The notes beneath the pieces were generated by a model. That model was given only the letters and a program-made list of their open reading frames with translations, did not search any database and was not told the DNA's origin. The translations under genes and the position numbers were made by a program. Below, piece after piece: positions 33,001 to 42,907 of a DNA stretch of 64,000 nt. The stretch is taken from NCBI GenBank assembly GCA_000004985.1, contig GG738880.1; one strand, 5' to 3'. This stretch comes from Naegleria gruberi (lineage: Eukaryota). Numbering within the stretch: the stretch's first letter is position 1; each line of letters opens with the position of its first letter.

Positions 33001-33254
33001 GAGGATGGAATAGAATCACCCTGTTGTTCCATTGCTCGCGTATTGTTGTTGTACAACTCTTGTTGAGAACAGCACTGTTGTTGAGTGACCATGCTGAGAA
33101 GAGTTTTGTTTTTTTTTTGGCTAATCGCTTTGGACATTTTAAGTGGTTTAACTACCGTAAAAGAGAGCGTTAAGAAAACAACAGTAGTTGTCACAATAAA
33201 GTCGTAAGGAAATTGTTGAGGATATGATTGAAAAATAATATGAGCGACAAACAT
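30041..33254 (-). CDS. Hybrid sensor histidine kinase (GAF - HisKA - HATPase_c - receiver); 3 exons: complement 32144..33254, 31238..32080, 30041..31191
   Basis: Exon 1 is joined to exon 2 by GTATGTTCAAG...TGGATTAG (plus 32081..32143, 63 nt, phase 1), continuing a GAF-like domain (FIGEVKYTDDGKPFLHSHAIS...G-HPPLNSFLGLPFIHNNKIVGMIGLAN). Exon 2 has the H-box FLRNTSHDLRTPL and the N-box LLSNAVKFT. Exon 2 is joined to exon 3 by GTTTGTAATATT...AAATTCAAG (plus 31192..31237, 46 nt, phase 1), giving EIE-V-CDTGIGIEKENLTKIGQPFLQF...GTGLGVSISK (G1/G2 boxes). Exon 3 ends with a receiver domain (VLIVDDNMINSKVLSHMLIKLG...IIFLDLFMDGLDGFD...LLTANI...KPTRLSDI). The true start could be the internal ATG near 33140 (MSKAISQ). 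Confidence 0.8.
31192..31237 (-). other. Spliceosomal intron (46 nt) inside the HATPase_c region of the histidine kinase
   Basis: Minus-strand GTTTGTAATATTTATAATATCATTATTCATAGACATTAAATTCAAG. Removing it restores the G1 box (EIEVCDTGIGI). Confidence 0.7.
32081..32143 (-). other. Spliceosomal intron (63 nt) inside the GAF region of the histidine kinase
   Basis: Minus-strand GTATGTTCAAGTATTGG...ATTATTGGATTAG. Phase-1 in-frame join. Confidence 0.7.
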
Positions 33255-33885
33255 AGTTGTTCCCTTAATTATCCATAATGAAGGATTTATTGATATTAAT
33301 ATTATGAATATTTTGCAACTTTGATTGCTTAACGCAGAAAGATATCTATGGAGAAATAATACATGTTTGTTCAGAATAGTTATCTGTTAAGAATCTGGAC
33401 CCTATCAAGATATCAAATTAGAAAAATATCAAATTTATTTCAATTATCCATGTAACATTCAAGCTGCTATCAACCTTATTACGTTCCTTGAAACGTTGAG
33501 CCTTGTTTTTTTGCTGTTCAACTTTACAAACTTTTTAAAGTGTTAATTCAATAAACATCCTGTCCCTCTAGCCATGGAGAGTTTCATATTGTGAGTTACG
33601 ACTTCCGAGGTATTCTGTTGAGTCGTTATCAAATTTTAGTGCTGATTACAAGATTTAGATTTTTTTTCAAAATAGAATTAGATTTGATATTATTGCACAA
33701 GAAAAATACTAGACACTCCTTTCGCTAATTTATTATCACTACTTGTGGTCCTGCTTTTTTCTCAACTGTCTGTTACTCTTTTGATATTTTCAGTTAAGTG
33801 AAAACAACATCAGAGAAACTTGTTCTTCTTTCTGTACTCCATAATAGATCATATTATTATTGAGTAGATTAATATTTAAATAATC

Positions 33886-35648
33886 ATGGAATGGAATTGT
33901 TGTGGTATTAAACCATTGGCTCTTTTCCTAACGTTTTTTCTCGTGTTAGGATCAGGTTTAATATTGTTTGGAGTATTGTTTGGTGTTTTGGGACCTAGAA
34001 CACCATCCGATCCAAAGGATATTGCCCGATTTAATTCTCTAGCAAAGGTTTGTTAACATATTAATTCTATAGTATTAACAAGTAATATTCCGTATGGTTT
34101 AATTTTACATTGATGAATAATTACAATGTGGATTTTAATTTAATATTATACTGTATGGTTGACATTATAATTAATAATGCGGAATTATGATATACTATTG
34201 TGCTAATATTATGTAATGATTAAATTATTATCAATTAATTGGATTAATTAAATATGTAATGATTAAATTATTATTATTAATAATGATTCGGATAATATTG
34301 ACAGCAATGGCAAGCAACCAATAGAGAATTGTTTGCAGCCTTTAATTTCAACATGACTGCAACACTTGTAAATAATGCTCCTATTCCTCCTGCTCCTTCT
34401 GTATCTGCAGTTCCCTCTCCCTCCACTTCTACTTCAACACTTCCTCCTTCAGCAAAGAAAAAGAACACCAATTTTGTCAATCTTCATGAGCCAGGTGTTG
34501 TCATTCCTCCAAAACTAAACTCTATTTATTCTAGGTTAAACTATGAGAAACCTAAAGTGGAGACCCAAAAGGTCGTCAAAACAATCAAACAATCAACTAT
34601 TGTTAAGAATACTACATTGGATGAAAATCTCATACTTTTGGATAATGTCATAATGCAGAGCAATATGGATTCTGATGTTTTTCATCCTGGCGATCCATCC
34701 TTCTTACTCAAATATGACTCTCTTAAATATGAAGTTAAAAATCCGAATCCATCCCTCTTATTCAACAAACCAATCAAGACCAATTTTGACAAGGCACTCA
34801 ATATGACCATCTCATTTACCAATACATTAATGCTGTCAGTGAAACCAGAAGATAAGGAAGATGGAAAAAAGGGAGGTCTCACCCTCATGACAAATACTCC
34901 TAATACTACTCCTCACACAACACATATTGTGAATGGACCAGTCCTTACAGTACAAGCTCCTCTCGTATATTTGTTTTTGAAGACTGAATCTCCTATTTAT
35001 GATTCTGGATCATGTAGGTATGGATTTATGGAAGATGGAAAGTGTTACCTTGTCCATAGATTGAGAGAAATTTGCCTAAAGGTAAAAATTGTCAGTGGTG
35101 TCGCAGTATTAGATAATAGTTTGTAAGTACTTTAATTTTACAAAGTATTTTAATGAATTATGGAACTAATTTCATTCTCAATTAATAATTGATAATATTC
35201 TATGTGGACATGATTAAATAATTCAAGTGGAGGATATGGATGTGGACCAACAGATTTGCCATATGTACCAGCCATTCGATCAACATTTTCTGGATTGACC
35301 TATGTTTACAGTTTACTCAATACTGGTGAAGATGTCTACAATCATACAGTACTTTTCCAAGATTTAACCATTACACTGCGGTCATCCAATGACCCATTCG
35401 TGTATGCCGAGTACATTACCAATGGTACACTCAATTTCCAACCTTGGTATCACTATTATCAAAATATTGATGATGATATTGGCTTTGTGAGAGGATTTTT
35501 TGGATTTGGAAGTTTGGGATTGGGTGTTGTGATTGTCTTACCGAGCTTGCTATTTTGTTTATTATTTTGTTGTTGCAGTCCAACTCTTAGAAAGAAATTC
35601 ATGGTTGACGATCTAAGAGAGGAGCATGCACTCCTATTGAATATGTAA
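33886..35648 (+). CDS. Hypothetical bitopic membrane protein (N-terminal signal-anchor/TM and C-terminal TM); 3 exons: 33886..34047, 34305..35122, 35228..35648
   Basis: Exon 1 (ATG 33886) encodes MEWNCCGIKPLALFLTFFLVLGSGLILFGVLFGVLGPRT... and ends at the donor GTTTGT (34048). A 257-nt AT-rich intron ends at TTGACAG (34304) and joins in phase 0 to the 265-aa ORF. Its true end is the donor at TTT|GTAAGT (~35123). A 105-nt intron to AATTCAAG (35227) joins in phase 2 to the 130-aa ORF (GGYGCGPTDLPYVPAIRSTF...), which has a C-terminal TM (GLGVVIVLPSLLFCLLFCCC). The ORF-track frame implies my nucleotide indexing is off by 1 somewhere between 34329 and 35120, so exon-2/3 coordinates are approximate (±2). 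No known domain. Confidence 0.5.
34048..34304 (+). other. Unusually long (257 nt) AT-rich intron containing internal direct repeats
   Basis: Donor GTTTGTTAACAT, acceptor ATATTGACAG. The interior contains two copies of ATGTAATGATTAAATTATTAT about 55 nt apart, plus related TGTATGGTT motifs. The intron is about 85% AT, and all other introns recognised here are 35-105 nt. Confidence 0.55.
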
Positions 35649-36292
35649 GGTTAAAAGTTCACCATTTCCTTACCTTTTGTTGCCTTTATTAATATCTATT
35701 TCCAAAACTATTTTTTCATTTGTGTTGGCCAACATTCCATTAGGACACAACAAGAACAAAGGGAAAGCAAAAATTTCAAACATCTTCTCTATCCAAACCG
35801 AAAGCAACCAGGTTATTAGAAACATGTTACTCGAGAATCAATTGATTATCCAAGCATGAAAGTTTGTTTACTTTAATGCAGTCCAAAACCCAAAAGGCTA
35901 GTGCACTTTCAAACAATAATGTTATCTCGTTATTGTTGATTAGCATGCTTTGACAGCCCCTTCCATAACAAATCCCTCTCAATACATAACAGACCAGACG
36001 TTTGAGTGCTGCAACACGTACTTCCAAATTTTAAAAAAAAAACCGCCCATAACCAGGTCTTGGCTGACACACTTACCTCTCAATAAAGTTCAGCAGCATC
36101 AAAACCTTGCTCTCTCTGTGTGTGTTCGTGTTCGTATTTTCGTTTGAACGGCAACAGTTTCTTCAAATTTGTTTTGCAATTTTCTTGTTGTTTGTAATCA
36201 ACAACGACAGGGAGAAAGAATTACTGATAGTAATAGGAGGATTCATAGAGAATCATCGTAAAAAGTAATATCATCACAAAATAGTATATCAA

Positions 36293-38833
36293 ATGATGAG
36301 AGAACTTGCCACTGATGATAATTCACATGCAATAGCATCAACGTTATCTTCTTCTTCTGAAAAGATGAAAAGGCCTCAACAACAACCAACCACAATCAAA
36401 ATGGTTGCTCGTACCAAGTCGGCAAGTGTGAGGGCTAAACAATTATTTGAACAAGAGCAAGCCTTAAAAAGACAGATGCAAGAACAAGAGCAGAATACTG
36501 AGGAGGATGATGGTGATGGTGATGAGAATGAGAAGGATGAATCAGATAATAGTAGTGATAATAGTAGTAGTTTGAGTAGTTATTCGATTTCTTCTGAGGG
36601 GAGTTTGGAAGAAGTTTGTGCAAAGAGTTTGATGGTTCTTAACAAACAAGAAGATAATAACATTGCAATAGTAGAAATAACGGATGATGAAAAGAGTAGT
36701 AATGGTAGTGGAAGCAGCAATGGTGGCGTTGTGGAAAATTCAAAATCCAATGAAACTACCACATCAAATTGTACTAATCAGAATTCCACTATAATTTCTG
36801 ACAATGAACAAGTATTGAGAGAACCCAAAGTCATTGAGGATGATGTATTGAACACATTGGTGGCAATGAAACATCAGCAGGATCAACCTCAGGTGCAATG
36901 CACGATAACCAATGTTGCATCATCACAACAAGATGGTTCTGTATCGTCACTGCCTGAGAAGAGGACAATCGAAAATGTTAATGAACGGATACAACCTTGT
37001 GACGATACAACAACTCGGGAGCATTCAAATATGAAAAATACTGAAATTGGAAATACTCAACACCTTAATCTTTCCTATAATCCTAATCATGCTGAGGCAA
37101 GATCAACAACTGATGTTTCAGACAATACAACACAACAATACTCCTCATCTGTTGATGGACAATTACAAATGCACACAACAGTCACTCCATCAATACATAC
37201 AACCCTGAAAAACAGTTCATTACCTCAAACACAGCAGCAGCAGCTGCAACCATCTCTTCCCCAAATTTATCATCACAAAGATGATCATCAATACTCATAT
37301 AGTACCTCAACAATTTCAACAATCGTTACTACAGCCAATGCATCTGTAACAAAGTCAGCATCTACTGCATATCATCAACACCAATACACTGTAAACTCGA
37401 GTCCATCAAACAAAACCACCTACCCAGAGTCTCACTACCTTAATTCGTATGGATCCTCTGGTGGACCAATACCAACAATAACAACTAGACATTCACCACC
37501 TCAAAGTCCTACCATTATTACTAATAGTATACCACCACAACAACCATCATCCTCATCATCACATTATAGTGGTAGTAGTAGCTCTGCATTTTCAAGTCAA
37601 GTATTCTCATCACCTCCAAGATATGATCCTTCTATTAGTAATAATACTGTCCCACCTGCATCTATTCATTCTACACCACCACCACCACCACAAAAGGTAT
37701 CTTCACATATCTATGATCATGGTGTTTATACCAAACACTATCACCAACCTCCAATGGTTTATCATTATCATCAACCTTATCTTCCTCCAATGTCTGTCCC
37801 TCCACCACCTCATCATCATGTTCCTTATATGCAACCCTATATGACCAATCCAATGATGAGCATTCCTCCACACAATCAAACATCTTCGTATAGTTCAATT
37901 CCTCAACAAGAGCAATATTATTATCAACAGCAAACAAGCAGCAGTTCTAAACCACCAATTCAAGGATCTTATCCTTCTTCTTCCACAACAACTTATGTAA
38001 ATAGCTCACCACATCATCAACCAGCTCTATCAAATCAAAGTTCAAGTTCAAAATCAACTAGTCCACAACCACTAACACCATCGCATGAAACTCTTGGAAA
38101 TTCATCCAATAATAATCAACCAAAAAACTCGTTTTTTCAAGATATTATTCAAATTCCAAAACCAATGGAATCTACCAAAAGAAAGCGAGAATATCTCAAA
38201 GATATTGTCTTGGATACTGCAAAATTAGGCCAATTAGAATATGAAACCTTTGTGGCTGAACAACAACGAAGACAGGAAGGAGCTATCACACCTAACAAGA
38301 AGAGTAAGCTTTTTAATATGGATTTTATGAATACAGTCGATCCAAATATCATGAGAGACAAGATTGAAATTACAAAAAGAAAGGAATTTTATGCTGATCC
38401 AGCTCCACCTAGAACAGAATATTTGGAAATTTTGCAAGGTGTTCGAGCCAATGCAGAATACAAGTTTGGAGATCCACTGCCTGATCATGTTGTCAAGGTA
38501 ACATTTGGTAGATATAGTGAAACTGCCAAGTCAGCTTCTGTTAGACTTTCAATTTATGGAAGAGGTCTTAGAGATGAACCAAAAAAGAGGAAGTTTATTC
38601 AAGCCATTGCAAATTTTGAGTTGGAGGTCATTAATGGAGCAGCAAAAGTCACCTTTTCAGATCTTGCAGCAAGACATGCTAGTCACAAATTTGGGAAAAT
38701 GTTGTTTTTGAGATTTGGATTATTGTGTGATGGTGTAGAAGTTTCTTCAGTTGAAACTGAAGGTTTTACCACCATCACCTTACGAGGTATTCAAAAGAGA
38801 CAACAACGACAGAATAAAGAAGTCAATCAATAA
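36293..38833 (+). CDS. Low-complexity (Gln/Ser/Pro/His/Thr-rich, prion-like) protein with a conserved ~190-aa C-terminal globular domain; function unknown
   Basis: Continuous 846-aa ORF. The N-terminal ~640 aa are compositionally biased (poly-Q, PPPP, HHH, S/T runs). The C-terminus (KRKREYLKDIVLDTAKLGQLEYETFVAEQQRR...VKVTFGRYSETAKSASVRLSIYGRGLRDEPKKRKF...KVTFSDLAARHASHKFGKMLFLRFGLLCDGVEVSSVETEGFTTITLRGI) looks like a folded, possibly beta-sandwich DNA/protein-binding domain with adjacent basic NLS-like stretches. Confidence 0.55.
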   Translation: MMRELATDDNSHAIASTLSSSSEKMKRPQQQPTTIKMVARTKSASVRAKQLFEQEQALKRQMQEQEQNTEEDDGDGDENEKDESDNSSDNSSSLSSYSISSEGSLEEVCAKSLMVLNKQEDNNIAIVEITDDEKSSNGSGSSNGGVVENSKSNETTTSNCTNQNSTIISDNEQVLREPKVIEDDVLNTLVAMKHQQDQPQVQCTITNVASSQQDGSVSSLPEKRTIENVNERIQPCDDTTTREHSNMKNTEIGNTQHLNLSYNPNHAEARSTTDVSDNTTQQYSSSVDGQLQMHTTVTPSIHTTLKNSSLPQTQQQQLQPSLPQIYHHKDDHQYSYSTSTISTIVTTANASVTKSASTAYHQHQYTVNSSPSNKTTYPESHYLNSYGSSGGPIPTITTRHSPPQSPTIITNSIPPQQPSSSSSHYSGSSSSAFSSQVFSSPPRYDPSISNNTVPPASIHSTPPPPPQKVSSHIYDHGVYTKHYHQPPMVYHYHQPYLPPMSVPPPPHHHVPYMQPYMTNPMMSIPPHNQTSSYSSIPQQEQYYYQQQTSSSSKPPIQGSYPSSSTTTYVNSSPHHQPALSNQSSSSKSTSPQPLTPSHETLGNSSNNNQPKNSFFQDIIQIPKPMESTKRKREYLKDIVLDTAKLGQLEYETFVAEQQRRQEGAITPNKKSKLFNMDFMNTVDPNIMRDKIEITKRKEFYADPAPPRTEYLEILQGVRANAEYKFGDPLPDHVVKVTFGRYSETAKSASVRLSIYGRGLRDEPKKRKFIQAIANFELEVINGAAKVTFSDLAARHASHKFGKMLFLRFGLLCDGVEVSSVETEGFTTITLRGIQKRQQRQNKEVNQ

Positions 38834-38874
38834 ATTGAAAGTTCTTTGTCTTAATATTAGTGGATTTTAATTTA

Positions 38875-40377
38875 TTAAAAACAAAGAGCAAGTGTTCCAC
38901 TTCTCAAAGCAAAGGAGGCTTCCATATTTGAACTCTCATCTTGTGAAGGAGATTGATTGAGCAGTGATCTCTCTAATTGTTTCAATTGAGAGACAAAACC
39001 TGAATTTGGTTGAACTAAACCTCTCTTTGCCTTGACAAACTCGAGAGCAGTTTCAAAAGACCACTCATTCTTTTTCATCAGATAGGATATCAATACAGAG
39101 GCAGATCTTGATTTTCCCTTCATGCAATGAACCAACACTGACGATCCAGAACTTATTGCCTTCTCTATAAACTCGTAAGATATTTGGAAAATATCAGAAA
39201 TATTTTGATCTTCCTCATCGTAGAGGTGCAGATTCAAATACTCGAATCCCTTCTCAGGGTAAATTGGCTCCAAGGATTTCACACAAGTGACAATGTGAGT
39301 AATTCCAAGTTGCTTTAAAACTGGTTCATTGAATGCATCATCAATATCACCTAGAAAGAGATTGTCCAAAATTCTTGTGGCTGCAAACTCTGACTTGGGT
39401 GTTCCATATCTTGCAATCTGACACAATTTGTAATAATATTTCAATGCCTTTCTCGATAAAAAGTGACTAAACTTTTCAGGTGATTGCAAATAGAGAATTG
39501 CCTTCTTGTTATGCTTAGCCTTATGTAGAATATCTATGGAATCATCAGGTGGACTATTCTGTGATTCTCTCTGAGATGTCACCATTCCAAGTTCAAGCAT
39601 TCTCAAAAACTTTTTCTTTACATTGACATATCTCTGTTTGATTTCTTCCTCTTGTTGAGATTTCTTCTCCAACTTTTCAATCTTTTGCAATTTATATTCC
39701 AATCTCTCTAGAACCACATCGAGAGGAGCACACGACTTGTTTTTACATATTTCCATAGCTTTCTGATCTCTATTCTCTATCTTTTCATTATATTTACAAC
39801 AGGATGAGGAAGAGCTATCATGCTCCTCAGTATTTACAAGAACAAACTCAAAAGTGTTTGTTTCAAATAATGAATTTCCAGCCTTATGATTGAGAAGGAA
39901 AGATGGAGAAGAAATTGACCTTTTGTAATTCCTCTTGTGATTATAGAAATGCTTGTTTGATTTTGGACTTGACAGATGGTGTACTTTTCTTGAATTGACA
40001 GCTGCTGTAGGACCATTCACAGGTGAGGCAATTGATGAAGCTGAATTTTGAATCATTGAGCAAGTTGACTCTATATATTCAAGATCATGAACAGCTTCAT
40101 CCAAAGATGAATCCTTACTTAATTCATCTTCATCGCAGTCATTACATTGTTCTATTCTTTGTTGTTGTTGATCATCTTCTATGTGATTCTTGGAATTCTC
40201 CAAAACATCTTCCCATTGATCATCCGAAGGACTTGGACAAGTAGCACACTTGAATACCAAACCCTCATCATATTCCTCATCATTTTCATTGATCTTATAT
40301 TGTTTCTCCATAGTAGTGCGGTTATGATTGAGCATGAGCAAAGCTTCGTTATTAGTGGCGAGACGCAAGGCTTTCAT
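38875..40377 (-). CDS. Dual-specificity protein phosphatase (DUSP) with long acidic/low-complexity N-terminal region
   Basis: 500-aa ORF. The C-terminal DSP catalytic domain has NLFLGDIDDA, the HCX5R P-loop VLVHCMKGKSRSASVLISYLM and the downstream AxxFVxxxR helix (ALEFVKAKRGLVQPNSGFVSQL). Confidence 0.75.
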   Translation of the reverse strand: MKALRLATNNEALLMLNHNRTTMEKQYKINENDEEYDEGLVFKCATCPSPSDDQWEDVLENSKNHIEDDQQQQRIEQCNDCDEDELSKDSSLDEAVHDLEYIESTCSMIQNSASSIASPVNGPTAAVNSRKVHHLSSPKSNKHFYNHKRNYKRSISSPSFLLNHKAGNSLFETNTFEFVLVNTEEHDSSSSSCCKYNEKIENRDQKAMEICKNKSCAPLDVVLERLEYKLQKIEKLEKKSQQEEEIKQRYVNVKKKFLRMLELGMVTSQRESQNSPPDDSIDILHKAKHNKKAILYLQSPEKFSHFLSRKALKYYYKLCQIARYGTPKSEFAATRILDNLFLGDIDDAFNEPVLKQLGITHIVTCVKSLEPIYPEKGFEYLNLHLYDEEDQNISDIFQISYEFIEKAISSGSSVLVHCMKGKSRSASVLISYLMKKNEWSFETALEFVKAKRGLVQPNSGFVSQLKQLERSLLNQSPSQDESSNMEASFALRSGTLALCF

Positions 40378-41183
40378 TTGCAGTCTTTTTTTTTATTGTA
40401 GATGAAAAAATCTCTCGTTTGCTGTTGTGCTGTTGTTGGAGCTGTTCAGTTCGGTCGTTGTTGTTTGTATCTCCAAATTACTTGTTTTGATTTATTTGGA
40501 AATTTAAATGATGATTTGAGTTTGGAGAGAGGTGCTAGTGGAATTATTTGTTATATGTTGGATTGAGAAGATTTGGTAAGAAAAATGATATTGAAAATTG
40601 GCGGTTTTTTTTCAAGATAAGAAATGATATCTCGTTAATGTTTGATGTTTTTATTTTGTGTTGTTATCAATTGTTTACAAATATTACATCTGAAAAGATG
40701 ATTGAGCGGAATTGCTCTCATCACACCTCAATATTTATAAGGGAATAAGGTAACGCGATTTTTTGCATTTTTATTGTTCGTTTGGTTGGGAATCGTCGGG
40801 GATTGAAGATATTATGAGAAGTTGTAGTTTGAGAAGATATTGTTATGAGGATTTTTGTTAATTATTGTTGTAGTGGTGCTGTGCTGATTTTGTATGATGG
40901 CTGCCGAAATCCAAGTTATTGTAATAATAGCTATAATAACTGAAATTTTGCAATTTTAAGATTTCGCCATTAATTTCGGAACGTTGATGATGATCATTAC
41001 ATAAAGTATATTACAAATTAATATTAAGGAAATATTAGAAAGATTGTATTATATTATGAAATATTGATCCAAATGATTTTCAAATTATCAGGTCTTGAGT
41101 TTCTCCAAAAGAAATAGTATATATGATGAAATAATTATCATGTTCATTGAATCTGCCTAGTAATAGTATCGGAATCATTATTA

Positions 41184-42907
41184 TTAACAAGTATATGAAC
41201 CATTCCAATTCAAAAATACATAGGCACTTTCCAAAATGGATGGATTTGCTGGAGTATACATGAATACAAACTTGATTGACATTTCTGCCAATTTACCTTC
41301 TTTCAGCTTGATCATGGCTCTGGCAGTTCTTTCAGCTCTGAGATGAGATTGTTGCAAAACAGCAAGTCCATTATCGACATGTGAAATTATTGTTTCTCTA
41401 GTTGCCTTGGCTTCACATAACAAATTGAGTTGAGTTTGAATGAAATCAGGGCCCATAATTGAATCCAATCGAGTCAATGGTTGCTCTTCAAACATGGTAG
41501 AGAGTGGATCGCTCACATACTGAACAGATGTAAAATCAGAACCAACAGCAACAACACCCAATGGCTTTTCAACAAGTTGTGATGGAGTAGTGGCATCATT
41601 CACTGGATAGACATTAGTTGATGTTGAAGTAAGTGTTGTAATAATTGATGGAGTTGTTGGAGCATGCGCAATATCAGAAGAAGTCATAATCTCAACCTTA
41701 GAGAGTTTTGGTTTGGTTTCAAAGTTTTGCTCTGCTTCATTTGGAGATGATTTTCTCTTCTTTGATTCGGCTGAGGTTTTAGCTTTGGTCTTTTTACCAG
41801 ATTTACCATTTTTATCCAATGCCACTGAGGTATTATTTGATTCGATATCTTGATTTGAACCCATTGTTGATCTTCCTCTCTTCTTGGTTGATTTCATTTC
41901 CACACATTCCAAACCCAATCTTACGCATCTTTCACATGGTCGTTCGAAACCACATCTTGTATGACGTTTCTGACATTCAACACATGCTTTGCTTGCTCTC
42001 TTTCTGCCATTAGGATAGGGTGAATTCTTTTCTTGACTATTGGTTGGAGAGCTAGTTCTTGTACTGCTCTTATCTCCAGTTGGAGTTGTATTGACATTGG
42101 CATGTCCACGTTGTTTTTGGCCATTTGAACTATTGCCAGAAGAATGAGATGGTGATTTAACATCATGTTGTTGATCTTGCTCATCCTCAGTTAAATGATC
42201 AAAATCATCATCTTCTTCCTCAGCATGCTTTCTATTCGAAACAGTTCGATTCTTCCTTGATTGTCTTTGTGGAGAAGTTGCAACAATAGTTGGATTGAAA
42301 GAATGATGATCTTCAATATCGAATGAAGTTAGTGGTTCTGAATTATCCAACAAGTGAATAAAATCTTCCTCTCCTTTCAAAATTGAAACCATGCCATCCA
42401 CATGTTCAGGTGAAAAGAAGCCCTGATGTGGCTGATGTTGTTGTGATGATGATTATTATTCATGTGAGTGGTATCTACATTATAGTGGTGGAAAGTTGTT
42501 GTTGCATTATTGTTTACATGTTGTTGGAATGCTTGTTGTGGATTGGAATGTTGTTGTGGATTGTTGTGATAGAAATGTTGGTCAGGGAGATTTGAGTCGT
42601 GATAGTAAGAAGGAAGCATCATATTCTGTTTCGAATTGTGATGTTGGGAAAGGATGGCTTGATTTCTCGAATAGATATCCATCAGGGATTGTTTAGTAAC
42701 TAATCCATTCATCATCATTGATTCCATAGTGTGGTCAATTTGTGCACCACCATGTTCCAAGTAAGGATGCTGACTTGGCATTGAATAATTGTTATTATTA
42801 TTCAATGGTGGCATATAGGATGGAAATGAATTCACGAGATTACCATTGTTAATAGTACTATTATTTGTTGCTGAATTATTTGCTGCTGACATGACACGTG
42901 TAGCCAT
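41184..42907 (-). CDS. Zn(2)-Cys(6) binuclear-cluster (fungal-type) DNA-binding domain protein with Gln/Asn/His-rich N-terminus; probably 2 exons or a frameshift at ~42380-42460
   Basis: The 405-aa ORF has the six-cysteine pattern ACVECQKRHTRCGFERPCERCVRLGLEC, flanked by basic residues. The upstream 176-aa Q/N/H-rich ORF overlaps by 25 nt in another frame. A weak 47-nt intron (GTAGAT...CATCAG) or a single-base frameshift would fuse them in frame, since both frames are open across the overlap. Confidence 0.55.

Noticed and set aside
34277-34480. 67-aa minus-strand ORF (MTKLVFFFFAEGGSVEVEVEGEG...)
   Set aside because: It is antisense to the Pro/Ser/Thr-rich start of exon 2 of the plus-strand membrane-protein gene. 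Its composition mirrors the complement of that low-complexity coding tract.
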